From the NCBI GenBank assembly GCA_963776275.1, contig CAVZMI010000027.1, positions 17,939 through 81,938 on the forward strand: a stretch of 64,000 nucleotides of DNA, written 5' to 3'. The position numbers and the translations under genes are program-made. The stretch comes from Ignavibacteriota bacterium (lineage in GTDB: Bacteria > Bacteroidota > Ignavibacteria > UBA10030 > CAVZMI01). Position 1 is the stretch's first letter; every line of letters begins with the position of its first letter. Below the pieces are notes generated by a model, which saw only the letters and a program-made list of their open reading frames with translations, had not been told where the DNA came from and did not search any database. Positions 22,207 through 31,435 of the stretch are shown in pieces.

Positions 22207-22662
22207 CTAGTCCCAGACATATCGCTCGTCGTAGGGTATCACATTCTCTTTTAGGAACTCAATATATTCCTCTTTGAATGTCTTTCTTCTATGATGTTCT
22301 TCTTGATTCCGAATATAACGTTTCACTGTCTCAATCGATGATTCATTCACGGAGAATACACCATATCCTGCCTGCCAGGAGAAATTCCGGAGGTATGGAC
22401 TTTTAGTCTTTAACCATTTTGACGATTCGATTTTTAATCCTTTCAAGAGATCCGAGATCGATATTATCCTGTTGAGAAAGCAAAGGATGTGAACATGCTC
22501 ATTCCATCCACCTACAATTATTGCGGGACATTTCATTGCTTTGCACGTACCGCCAAGATATGCGTGCAATTCATCCCGGATCGAAGGATCTGTAAATTCA
22601 TGAGTGCGGTTCTTCGTTGAGAACACTATATGTATTGCTACCTTACTGAGAGATTGTGGCAT
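22207..22662 (-). mobile_element. tnpA: IS200/IS605-family Y1 HUH transposase (RAYT-like, no tnpB)
   Basis: MPQSL..HIVFSTKNR, EHVHIL (HUH), WQAGYG and YIRNQEEHH. Flanked by REP-like hairpins. Confidence 0.93.
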
Positions 22663-22669
22663 AAGTACT

Positions 22670-22755
22670 ATCTCACCCTTTCAGGGTTCTTATTTTTTAG
22701 GTTTCTGCCCAAGGGGCTTCGCCCCTTGTTGGTATATCTCACCCCTTCGGGGTGT
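22670..22755. repeat. REP/REPIN-like palindrome unit (right of transposase)
   Basis: ACCCTTTCAGGGT ... CAAGGGGCTTCGCCCCTTG ... TATCTCACCCCTTCGGGGTG, the same unit as 21871-22040. Confidence 0.85.
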
Positions 22756-22819
22756 CGAGATTACAAATTCTTCACCTCTCATATCCGCTGTCTGACCATG
22801 AAGGCATTGATACCGAAAT

Positions 22820-22960
22820 AAATCCTAATGTCGAAATCCGAAATCCTAAACAATGTCAAAATACAAAATTCTAATACCCAAACTCTTCCGTGTCGTTTTG
22901 AATTTTGATATTCTTTCATTTGATATTATTTAGAATTTAGGTATTCGGATTTCGAAATTC
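22820..22960. repeat. Heptad-periodic inverted repeat with no gene inside
   Basis: Left arm AAATCCTAATGTCGAAATCCGAAATCCTAAACAA... pairs with right arm ...TTTAGAATTTAGGTATTCGGATTTCGAAATT. The same arms flank the four-helix-bundle gene. Confidence 0.65.
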
Positions 22961-23115
22961 ATTAAAACTCAGGAGCGATAATTCCGTATTCTGGAGCAAT
23001 ATTTTATCAAATACTAATATCGAATCTCTCCCGCCTGCCCTAAAAGGCAATTTGTGGCGGGCAGGAAATTCTAAACAAATTCCAAATCCAAAAAACCGAA
23101 TATGTAAACTGTGCT

Positions 23116-23572
23116 TCAAACCGATTTTGTTACGATTGAGCCAAAGATTTCCCGCCTGCCTTCAGCAAGGCTTGTGCGAGGCGGGCAGGTCATAAGCTCA
23201 GTTGCTTCCTGAATCAATTCACCTTTTTTATTCAGGACAGATTCAGGACAATTCACAAGGTTGAGCCAGTAACGACTTTCCTTCGATTCTTTACGACTCG
23301 CCTCGCTTCGCTCAGCGAAGCGGGCAAATCTTAATTCTCATAAGGAAATCTTTTTTACTCAGGGCCTCGTTTGCTTCAATATAGTTTGCCCCGACCGAAC
23401 CCGATGCTCTAATCAATTGCTTACCATATTCGAGATTGCATATTGTCCTTGGTAATCCTCCAACAAATTCACCAACTCTTCTAGCAAACGTTTCAGTCCG
23501 CTCCTCTAAATCGTAACGTTTTGAATTTTTGAGCCGAAGGCTCATCAACCTTTGGCTGAGAGTTTCTTGCAT
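23116..23572 (-). pseudogene. Four-helix-bundle (23S rRNA IVS/bAvd-like) protein interrupted by three hairpin insertions
   Basis: YDLEERT...QLIRASGSVGANYIEANEALSKKDF. Removing 23530-23559, 23297-23324 and 23151-23189 restores MQETQNSKRYDL...KICRKESKESRYWL...ELMKIFGSIVTKSV*. Confidence 0.9.
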
Positions 23573-23908
23573 TTGATATTGTTTCGTATTTAGAAATTAG
23601 TGCTTCGAATTTCATATCTAGATGAGCCATAGATCAACGGCGGGCGCATTAATCACCGTCTTTCTCTTGTTAACCTAACCCCTCGTGATTTCAAAGCCTA
23701 AGCTATTATCATTCTTGTCCTACGCTGATCGATAAAACTGGGACAAGCCCGTTGAGCAAACAAACCCCTCTTGAGATCGGAAGAGCGAATCGAGGTTATC
23801 AATCGGGAACTAGGTACTATATATTTGTCCGGTTAAAATGACACTTAGGTTACAAAAAAACAATGGATCGGATTCAATTCTTTGGGGAGTGACAACGGAT
23901 AGATGCTC

Positions 23909-24409
23909 TTACCGGTTCTTTCTGAGAAATTCCAGATGGTCGCGCAGCTCGTCAGCGGGTTTTAGAAGTTTATCTTTTCCGAAAATCGCTTCGGCTGGAT
24001 TATAGAAGGCAAGTTCGTAATCTTTACTCATAACGATTGCTTCTTCCGGGCAGGCCTCCTCACAGAAGCCGCAGAAAATGCATCGCAGCATATTGATTTC
24101 AAAAAGAACCGGATATCGCTCTTTCTCAAGCTCTGTTTCGGACGCCTGAACCTCGATGGCAAGTGCGGGACACACTCTTGCGCATAATCCGCATGCAACA
24201 CATCGCTCGACTCCCTGTTCCTCCACAAGAACCGGCCGTCCCCGATACGACGAAGGCGGAATCCAGACCTCTTCCGGATATTCCCGTGTGAACTTCGGTT
24301 TGAACATCTGCCGGAGCGTTACAAGAAGTCCTTTGAGAATTTCAGGAACATACATCCGCTGCAAGAATGTAAGATTTTTTTTCCGTACAATTTTTACGTC
24401 ATCAGCCAT
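23909..24409 (-). CDS. nuoI: NADH-quinone oxidoreductase subunit I
   Basis: [12 protein letters not shown] and [12 protein letters not shown] [4Fe-4S] motifs, YPEE. Confidence 0.97.
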   Translation of the reverse strand: MADDVKIVRKKNLTFLQRMYVPEILKGLLVTLRQMFKPKFTREYPEEVWIPPSSYRGRPVLVEEQGVERCVACGLCARVCPALAIEVQASETELEKERYPVLFEINMLRCIFCGFCEEACPEEAIVMSKDYELAFYNPAEAIFGKDKLLKPADELRDHLEFLRKNR

Positions 24410-24421
24410 CACAGTTTCCGT

Positions 24422-25438
24422 TCAAATCAATAAAAGTACAATACCCGTCACTATGATATTCACTATAGAAAGTGGAAGCATCATCTTCCACCCCATATTC
24501 ATTAACTGATCATACCGGAAGCGCGGGAGGGTCCACCGCACCCAGATATAAAAGAATATCATAAAAACAATCTTAGCCCCCAATGTAAAGAACTGAATGA
24601 TCGTTGTCACGAATGGGGAAAATCCGAACGTCTGCAAATACGGGAATTGCCACCCTCCGAGATACAGAGTGGACACTAGCGACGCAGACACGACCATATT
24701 CATATACTCACTGAGGTAGAATGAGCCGAATCGCATTCCGCTGTATTCTGTCAGATATCCGCCGACAAGTTCAGGTTCGGCTTCCGGAAGATCAAAAGGC
24801 AGCCGGTTCGTCTCGGCGAATGAGGCAACCAGAAATGTAATAAAGCCTATCGGCTGCAGCACAATATTCCAGTGCCAGCCCGATTGAGCCTTCACGATCC
24901 CGTCGAGCTGCAGTGTCCCGGCCACCATGACAACGCCGATGACCGATAGTCCCATCGACAATTCATAACTGATCATCTGTGCAGACGACCGCAGTCCGCC
25001 CAGCAGTGAATATTTGCTCCCCGACGACCAACCGCTCAATGTAATGCCATAGACACCCATCAACGTCAGAGCAAGAATATAAAGTACGCCGATATTAACA
25101 TCGGCAATCTGCAACTTAACATCGTAGCCAAAGATTGTAATACGATCGCCAAAAGGAATAACCGCAAATGTTGTGAGCGCAACCGTGAGCGAGATGACCG
25201 GGGCAAGATTATGGATGAACCTGTTTGACGCTTTCGGAACAATATCTTCCTTGATGAACAACTTCATCACATCGGCAATCGGCTGAAGCAGCCCTTGCCA
25301 TCCTACCCGGTTTGGGCCGAGTCTGTTCTGGATTGCCGCACTAATGCGCCGTTCTGCAAGGGTCGTATAGGCAACCGTCAGCAGCAAAACTATCAGGATG
25401 AAGACGATCTTAATGAAGGTAATGATGATGAATTCCAT
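24422..25438 (-). CDS. nuoH: NADH-quinone oxidoreductase subunit H
   Basis: ERR..QNRLGPNRVG, AETNRLPFDLPEAE and PRFRYDQLM. Confidence 0.98.
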   Translation of the reverse strand: MEFIIITFIKIVFILIVLLLTVAYTTLAERRISAAIQNRLGPNRVGWQGLLQPIADVMKLFIKEDIVPKASNRFIHNLAPVISLTVALTTFAVIPFGDRITIFGYDVKLQIADVNIGVLYILALTLMGVYGITLSGWSSGSKYSLLGGLRSSAQMISYELSMGLSVIGVVMVAGTLQLDGIVKAQSGWHWNIVLQPIGFITFLVASFAETNRLPFDLPEAEPELVGGYLTEYSGMRFGSFYLSEYMNMVVSASLVSTLYLGGWQFPYLQTFGFSPFVTTIIQFFTLGAKIVFMIFFYIWVRWTLPRFRYDQLMNMGWKMMLPLSIVNIIVTGIVLLLI

Positions 25439-25466
25439 CGGCTTTTCTAAATTATAGGGCTCTCTC

Positions 25467-25585
25467 TAAGTAAAAAGTAAAAATTAAAAAGGAAAAAGTT
25501 TGAAGGGAAAATAGAAAAGCGATAAAAATATTATTTGATAGCCGCTTCATATATTTTTACTTTTTAATTTTTAATTTTTCCTTTC
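25467..25585. repeat. Low-complexity heptad inverted repeat between nuoG and nuoH
   Basis: AAGTAAAAAGTAAAAATTAAAAAGGAAAAAG ... TTTTTACTTTTTAATTTTTAATTTTTCCTTT. Confidence 0.6.
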
Positions 25586-25610
25586 TACAAACTATTCGAC
25601 ATGTTTCTTG

Positions 25611-27263
25611 CTATCGAAGCTGGGCACCCTGACTCCCGATTGCTTGATATGTCAGTCCTTTGAACGCAGGGATTGTTGATGCCAGTTCATCAAACACTTC
25701 TTCTGCAGAGCCAAATTTAAACTTCGCTCCCATCAACGAGGCGATGCTCGAAATGATCCGCCACGTAGGCCGTGCATCAAGCTTCACCGATTTCCCCCAT
25801 TTATCAAAATGAGTCCCAAATTTATCGAGCCGGCTCAAGGCAAATCCGTCGAGAGTGCGATCGAGCTCTAGCGTTGCAACTACCGGTCTGATTCGCTGGA
25901 CGCGCCGATTAAAGTTCGTAAACGTACCGTTACATTCGACATATGTTGAACAGGGAACAACGATGTCGGCGATGCGTGTCGTTTCGTTTTCGTTTGTCGC
26001 ATGGACTATGAGCAGATCGAGCTTGGCAAGAATCTCCGTCACTCCCGGAAGCGCAGCAATATTATGATCGAGCAAATAGAGTGCGCGGATTTTCCCTTCG
26101 TTAATCGCTCCTAGTATTCCCTTGAAATCCAATCCGTCTGGTAGAGGCTTGAGGCCGACTTCCAGAGCTCCGGTCGTATTCGGCGTCTTATCGGCACGAA
26201 TCAGAAGAGCATCTTCATCGCCGTCACGGCGCTCACGCGCAAAATCGATGTGTCTCGTCCCCATGACGTCGCGCATGAACTTCACAAAAACATAATTATC
26301 TTCGTTGGTGGCATACGGCGAGCCGATACCGGCAATCTCGGGGCCTTTATATGTTTTCAATTCCGATCCAATCCGAGCGATGGCTTCGTCCCAGCTGACA
26401 TCGACAAAATCACCCTGTCGGCGAAACCTGGAAGCCTTTAATCGTGTTTCTGAATTGATGTGCTTGAACGTATTCAACCGCCCATGGTCGCACATCCAAT
26501 GGCCATTAACCGCCTCATTATACCGCGGAGTGAGGCGGAGAATTTCATTATTGCGGACCCATATGTTCATGTTGCATCCGCGCGCACAGCCGGTGCAGAT
26601 TGAATCGGTGTTCGATAATTCCCACACGCGAGCCTTGAAACGAAAGTCCCGGCTCGTAAGCGCCCCCACAGGACACAATTCTATAACATTCATCGAGTAA
26701 GGATTATCAAGCTGCTCACCGGGGAATGTCTCAATTCTCGTCTGGTCGCCTCGCTGAACAAACTGCAATTGATGCTTACCTACAATCTCATCGCAGAATC
26801 TGATGCAGCGGGAACAGAGAATGCACCGCTCGGAATCGAACATGACATTCGGTCCGATCGGAACTCGTTTTTGCTTGTGAACCTTATCTTCATTGAACCG
26901 GCTGATACCGGTGCTGTATTTATACGAATAATCCTGCAGCTTACATTCGCCGGCTTCGTCACAAATCGGACAATCGAGGGGATGGTTGATAAGCAGGAAC
27001 TCCATCACCGCTTCCCGTGCCTTGACGGCTTTGTCCGACATGGTCTTGACGACCATTCCATCGGCAACCTGCGTTGCACAGGCGATGGCGAGTTTCGGCA
27101 TTTTCTCGATTTCTACCAGGCACATGCGGCAGTTTCCCGATATCGTAAGTTTGGGATGCCAGCAAAAATGAGGTATCTCAATTCCATTTTCCTGTGCGGC
27201 CTGAATTACAGTACGCCCGTTTTCCACTTTAAATTCTTTATCGTCAATTGTGATTTTTATCAT
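25611..27263 (-). CDS. nuoG: NADH-quinone oxidoreductase subunit G (short form, 550 aa)
   Basis: GNCRMCLVE, HPLDCPICDEAGEC, RCILCSRCIRFC and CTGCARGC. Confidence 0.95.
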   Translation of the reverse strand: MIKITIDDKEFKVENGRTVIQAAQENGIEIPHFCWHPKLTISGNCRMCLVEIEKMPKLAIACATQVADGMVVKTMSDKAVKAREAVMEFLLINHPLDCPICDEAGECKLQDYSYKYSTGISRFNEDKVHKQKRVPIGPNVMFDSERCILCSRCIRFCDEIVGKHQLQFVQRGDQTRIETFPGEQLDNPYSMNVIELCPVGALTSRDFRFKARVWELSNTDSICTGCARGCNMNIWVRNNEILRLTPRYNEAVNGHWMCDHGRLNTFKHINSETRLKASRFRRQGDFVDVSWDEAIARIGSELKTYKGPEIAGIGSPYATNEDNYVFVKFMRDVMGTRHIDFARERRDGDEDALLIRADKTPNTTGALEVGLKPLPDGLDFKGILGAINEGKIRALYLLDHNIAALPGVTEILAKLDLLIVHATNENETTRIADIVVPCSTYVECNGTFTNFNRRVQRIRPVVATLELDRTLDGFALSRLDKFGTHFDKWGKSVKLDARPTWRIISSIASLMGAKFKFGSAEEVFDELASTIPAFKGLTYQAIGSQGAQLR

Positions 27264-28681
27264 TTTCGCGTTACATACCGTTCGTGGAACTCTTTAAGTT
27301 TTAAAATGAAAGTTTCGATTTCCTCAACCGGCGGCAGGAAGGTCGTGCGGAAATGGAGAGTTCCGGGGAGATGGCCGAAACCTGAACCGGGGATAACACA
27401 AATCCCTGTTTCTTCCAGAAGCGTCAGGCAATATTCTGTGTCTCTTTTTTCTTCATAAACATAACGCTCTTCCGGCGTCATTGAATCGGGATCCACTCCT
27501 TTTTCCACCGGTAGTGTAAACCGGACAAAAGCATACATTGCTCCGTGAGGCAGCTCGATCGACATTCCTTTAATCGAGTTGATCCCCTGTGTAAGAATTT
27601 GAGCCTTTTTCTTCAGGGAATCAAGTACAATTTGACGTTCCCGTTGATACAAATCATAACTTTCATCGCCGGGCTGGGGAGGCGCAACCATGACGTAGAT
27701 TGCAAATTGTCCCGGAAGGTTTGCACACAGGCTGATCGAAAAAAACTTCTCAAACTGTGCCACGACAACGTCGGGGATATTCCGGAACTCGATATAGCCG
27801 CCCCTGTGTCCGCATTCGCCTAAGAAACCTTTTGAGACCGAATTATAGCTGAATAAAGAGATACTTGTCTCGTGCATATCATTCATGACTTTTGCGAACG
27901 AATAAAACTTACTGCCCTGGTCGTATACATTATCCTGATATACCTCATCGGCGAGTATTGAAAGCTTGTGACGGCGCGCGAAATTAACCACCATTGCGAT
28001 ATTTTCGTACGAAAGAACAGCACCGGTCGGATTCCCCGGATTTATCACCACGATGGCGACCGGATGGATGCCGTCACGCTGTGCTTCTGCTATACGTTCT
28101 TCCAGCACACGCTCGCTCAGCTGCCAGTGGTTCGTTTCATCGAGGATATAGCCAATCTGTTTTCCGCCATGCAATTCAATCGTTGCACTGTAAAGTGGAT
28201 ATTGTGGTATGGGTATCATCAATCCATCATTTTCACTTTTCTGAAGAGCAAGGATTACTGCCTGGGCTGCCTTGCTTGCGCCATCGGTTAGGATGATATG
28301 TTCTTTATCTGCAGTAACTCCATCGCGGCGTTGGATGTACTCGGCAATTGCCTCGCGTATAAACGGAATCCCCATGCTCTGAGAATACGCTCCTGTGCCG
28401 AAAGGATATCGCGCAAACATTGTCCGCACTTTTTCGACCACATCAGACGGAAAGAGACTCTTTCCCTGGGGAGTGTCGAGAAGTTCAGGGTATTCCACAA
28501 GGCTGAGAATCTGCCGCAGGTATGTTATGGGGCGTTGTTTCAGTGCCTGCGGATTTCCAATATTGCAGTAGATGATCTTTTTCCCCTGCTCTTCGAGCTG
28601 TTGCGCACGACTGACTATGGGTCCCCTGACCGCATATTGGGCTTTTAACAACCGTTCGCTGATATTATTAACAGTAAGCAT
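27260..28681 (-). CDS. Alanine aminotransferase, GPT/ALT (eukaryote-like) type, PLP-dependent
   Basis: YAVRGPI, NIGNPQAL, PIPQYPLYSA, NPGNPTG, ADEVYQDN, SVSKGFLGECGHRGGY and HFRTTFLP. Confidence 0.9.
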   Translation of the reverse strand: MLTVNNISERLLKAQYAVRGPIVSRAQQLEEQGKKIIYCNIGNPQALKQRPITYLRQILSLVEYPELLDTPQGKSLFPSDVVEKVRTMFARYPFGTGAYSQSMGIPFIREAIAEYIQRRDGVTADKEHIILTDGASKAAQAVILALQKSENDGLMIPIPQYPLYSATIELHGGKQIGYILDETNHWQLSERVLEERIAEAQRDGIHPVAIVVINPGNPTGAVLSYENIAMVVNFARRHKLSILADEVYQDNVYDQGSKFYSFAKVMNDMHETSISLFSYNSVSKGFLGECGHRGGYIEFRNIPDVVVAQFEKFFSISLCANLPGQFAIYVMVAPPQPGDESYDLYQRERQIVLDSLKKKAQILTQGINSIKGMSIELPHGAMYAFVRFTLPVEKGVDPDSMTPEERYVYEEKRDTEYCLTLLEETGICVIPGSGFGHLPGTLHFRTTFLPPVEEIETFILKLKEFHERYVTRK

Positions 28682-28702
28682 AGTCTTTTTTATCGCCGTT
28701 CG

Positions 28703-30007
28703 TCACGCAGGTTGAATGACGACAGTTGAGAATTCTTTATCTTTGAATATCCTGCAGGCAAGGCGATGAAGTTTTTCCGGCGTTACCGCATCGAGCTCTC
28801 GAATAAGTGATTCCAATGACGGTACGTAACCGAAATATAGCTCGTTCGTACCCAATCTCATCATTCGATTCGACATTCCCTCGAGCCCGAGTAAAATGTT
28901 CCCCTTCATCTGGGCTTTGGCCCGTCCAATTTCTTTGATGGTTACCGGTTTGATCCGGAGTGCGTCAAGTTCCCTGCGGATCAAATCCATGCTTGTCTTT
29001 ACGTTTCGTTTATCTGTCTCGAGATAGATACCGAACGAACCCGTATCGGCCAGCAGGTTGATAAACGAATAAATAGAGTATGCGACTCCACGCTTTTCAC
29101 GGATTTTTTGGTAGAGCCGCGAGCTCATACCATCCCCAAGAATCGTATTAAGAACGATCAGCGGATACCGGTACGGACTTTTAATGCCTTCGGTAATTCT
29201 GCCGAGGCACACGTGTGCCTGACTGATTGGTTTAACATATTCCGAATGATCCACCCGATGGTAATTCATCTGCGATCGTCGCCGCTTTGTTTTTCCTAGA
29301 CGGGCCGATCGAAATTTCTTTTCGACAAGATCTATAAATTTCTCGTGATTGACTTTACCCGCAGCTGCAACGACCATATTCCCGGCTGTGTAATGTCGAT
29401 CCACGAACGAGAGGAGTCCGTTTCGCGAGAATGATGCTACGTTTTCCGCATTCCCGATTACCGGAAATGAAAGCGGATACGGCTGGTAGAGGTTTCTCTC
29501 GAAATAATCAAAGATGACATCATCGGGCGTGTCTTCAACGTCTTTCAATTCCTCGAGAATAACAAGCCGTTCTTTCTCGACTCCGCGTACCGGAAATGCC
29601 GGGAAAAGAACCAGGTCGGCCAGAACATCCACTGCTAACGACGTATACTCATCCATCACCCGCGCATAAAAGCAGGTATGTTCCTTTCCCGTAAAAGCGT
29701 TGAGATAGCCTCCTATGGATTCAAGAGACCGTGCAATCTCGGCTCCACGGCGATGGATCGTTCCTTTAAATACAGCGTGCTCAAGAAAATGAGCAATCCC
29801 GTTATTCCTTGTGTCTTCGTCTCTCGATCCCACATCGATCCAAACACCGATGGAGACCGAATGGATATTCGGAACCTCTTCGGTGACGACCCGGAGCCCG
29901 TTTGTAAGAACAGTCTTCCGTATTATAGAAGCCGACTCCCTGTACTGCAATCGGGAAGCACCATAATGGGAAGAGGACGATATAGGATCACTCACGTACA
30001 ATCTCAT
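28703..30007 (-). CDS. M16 family zinc peptidase (pitrilysin-like)
   Basis: HFLEH (HxxEH), LNAFT and SSRLYQKIREKRG. Confidence 0.95.
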   Translation of the reverse strand: MRLYVSDPISSSSHYGASRLQYRESASIIRKTVLTNGLRVVTEEVPNIHSVSIGVWIDVGSRDEDTRNNGIAHFLEHAVFKGTIHRRGAEIARSLESIGGYLNAFTGKEHTCFYARVMDEYTSLAVDVLADLVLFPAFPVRGVEKERLVILEELKDVEDTPDDVIFDYFERNLYQPYPLSFPVIGNAENVASFSRNGLLSFVDRHYTAGNMVVAAAGKVNHEKFIDLVEKKFRSARLGKTKRRRSQMNYHRVDHSEYVKPISQAHVCLGRITEGIKSPYRYPLIVLNTILGDGMSSRLYQKIREKRGVAYSIYSFINLLADTGSFGIYLETDKRNVKTSMDLIRRELDALRIKPVTIKEIGRAKAQMKGNILLGLEGMSNRMMRLGTNELYFGYVPSLESLIRELDAVTPEKLHRLACRIFKDKEFSTVVIQPA

Positions 30008-30079
30008 ATTTATTATAAAAATATACCAACTTTAGTGCCGAGAGTCAAGAAATGGAAACCTACCGTACACATATAAAAT

Positions 30080-30112
30080 AAAAAACCCTCCATGATCATT
30101 GCAGGAGGGTTC
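30080..30112 (-). terminator. Terminator downstream of serC
   Basis: AAAAAACCCTCC...GGAGGGTT hairpin, giving a U-tract on the minus strand. Confidence 0.65.
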
Positions 30113-30134
30113 TATCACTTTATCATTCATCTTT

Positions 30135-31220
30135 TTATTTATTTGCCTTATAGAATTCCTCCATGAATTTTGCCAGAAGCTCTATCGATTCTATCGGACA
30201 GGCGTTGTACACCGAGGCACGTATGCCACCGACAGAACGATGACCTTTCAGTCCGAGCATTTTTTTTGCCTTCGCCTCACTCACAAATTTATCTTCAAGC
30301 TCCGGCGTTGGAAGATTCCATGTAATATTCATCAACGAACGATCTTCCTTCACTACGACGGTCCCTTTGTAAAAATCGGAATGCGCATCAATGACGTCAT
30401 AGATCATTCTGGCTTTTTTCTCGTTTCGTATTTGGAGTGCTTCAACACCACCCTCTTTTATTATCCATTTCAAGGTTTTTCCTAGAACGTAGACGGCATA
30501 TACAGGCGGTGTATTATAGACCGATTGTTTCTCAACATGGATTTTGTACTTCAGCATAGACGGGATATTATCCTTTGCCTTTTCTTCCATCCATTTCTTC
30601 TTAATAACGACCATCACGACGCCGGCAGGACCGATATTTTTTTGGGCACCGGCATATATCAAGCTGAATTTACTAAAATCAATTTTCCGGCTTAACATAT
30701 CCGACGACATATCGGCCACAAGAGGAAGGCTACCCACATCCGGTATGGTCTTCCACTCCGTGCCATAGATCGTGTTGTTGGTTGTGATGTGAACGTAATC
30801 GGCATCCTTTGAGAACGTTATGCTCTTTGGGATTTGATTAAATTTTGTTTCTTTTGAAGAAGCGGCTTCTACAACCTCTCCAAAGAGTTTTGCTTCCTTT
30901 GCCGCCTTCGTCGCCCACTCGCCGGTAATGACATAGTCCGCTTTCTTATATAAGAAGTTCATCGGGACCATGGCAAACTGTAAACTCGCACCACCACCGA
31001 GAAAGACCACAGAATACTCATCAGGCGAGAGTCCCATGATAGCGAGTGCATCTTTCTGGGCATCGAGAATAACAGCATCAAATTCCTTTGAACGGTGACT
31101 GACCTCGAGAATTGAAACCCCGAGATTCGCAAAGTCCATGATCGCATCCCGCGATTCTTCGAGGACTGAGTATGGAAGAACTGCCGGGCCGGCAAAAAAA
31201 TTGTGTGAACGTGTCGCCAT
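30135..31220 (-). CDS. serC: Phosphoserine aminotransferase
   Basis: NFFAGPA, EVSHRS, ADMSS, AGAQKN and GHRSVGGIRAS. Confidence 0.98.
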   Translation of the reverse strand: MATRSHNFFAGPAVLPYSVLEESRDAIMDFANLGVSILEVSHRSKEFDAVILDAQKDALAIMGLSPDEYSVVFLGGGASLQFAMVPMNFLYKKADYVITGEWATKAAKEAKLFGEVVEAASSKETKFNQIPKSITFSKDADYVHITTNNTIYGTEWKTIPDVGSLPLVADMSSDMLSRKIDFSKFSLIYAGAQKNIGPAGVVMVVIKKKWMEEKAKDNIPSMLKYKIHVEKQSVYNTPPVYAVYVLGKTLKWIIKEGGVEALQIRNEKKARMIYDVIDAHSDFYKGTVVVKEDRSLMNITWNLPTPELEDKFVSEAKAKKMLGLKGHRSVGGIRASVYNACPIESIELLAKFMEEFYKANK

Positions 31221-31435
31221 AAAATTTACTCCTGAGTGATAAGGGGCCGGTACTTAAAAAGTGTCATAGTTAATTAATTATACTCTTTTTTTTTGAAAAA
31301 AGCTACTCTCCCCCTGCTGCCCCGGACAAATATTGATGCGAAATCAGTTGCTCATCACAGAAATTTTTCATATGTTGTTAATTATATAGTTCATATAGAC
31401 TAATTATTCAACTCTTATTTTCCTTGAGGTAAGCT

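Noticed and set aside
21871-22755. CRISPR array
   Set aside because: The repeats are variable palindromes in both orientations with irregular spacing, and there are no cas genes. They fit REP-like elements.
23116-23572. Diversity-generating retroelement (Avd homologue)
   Set aside because: No reverse transcriptase and no TR/VR pair with adenine-specific differences. The comM and clpC duplicates differ mainly at synonymous sites, not specifically at adenines.
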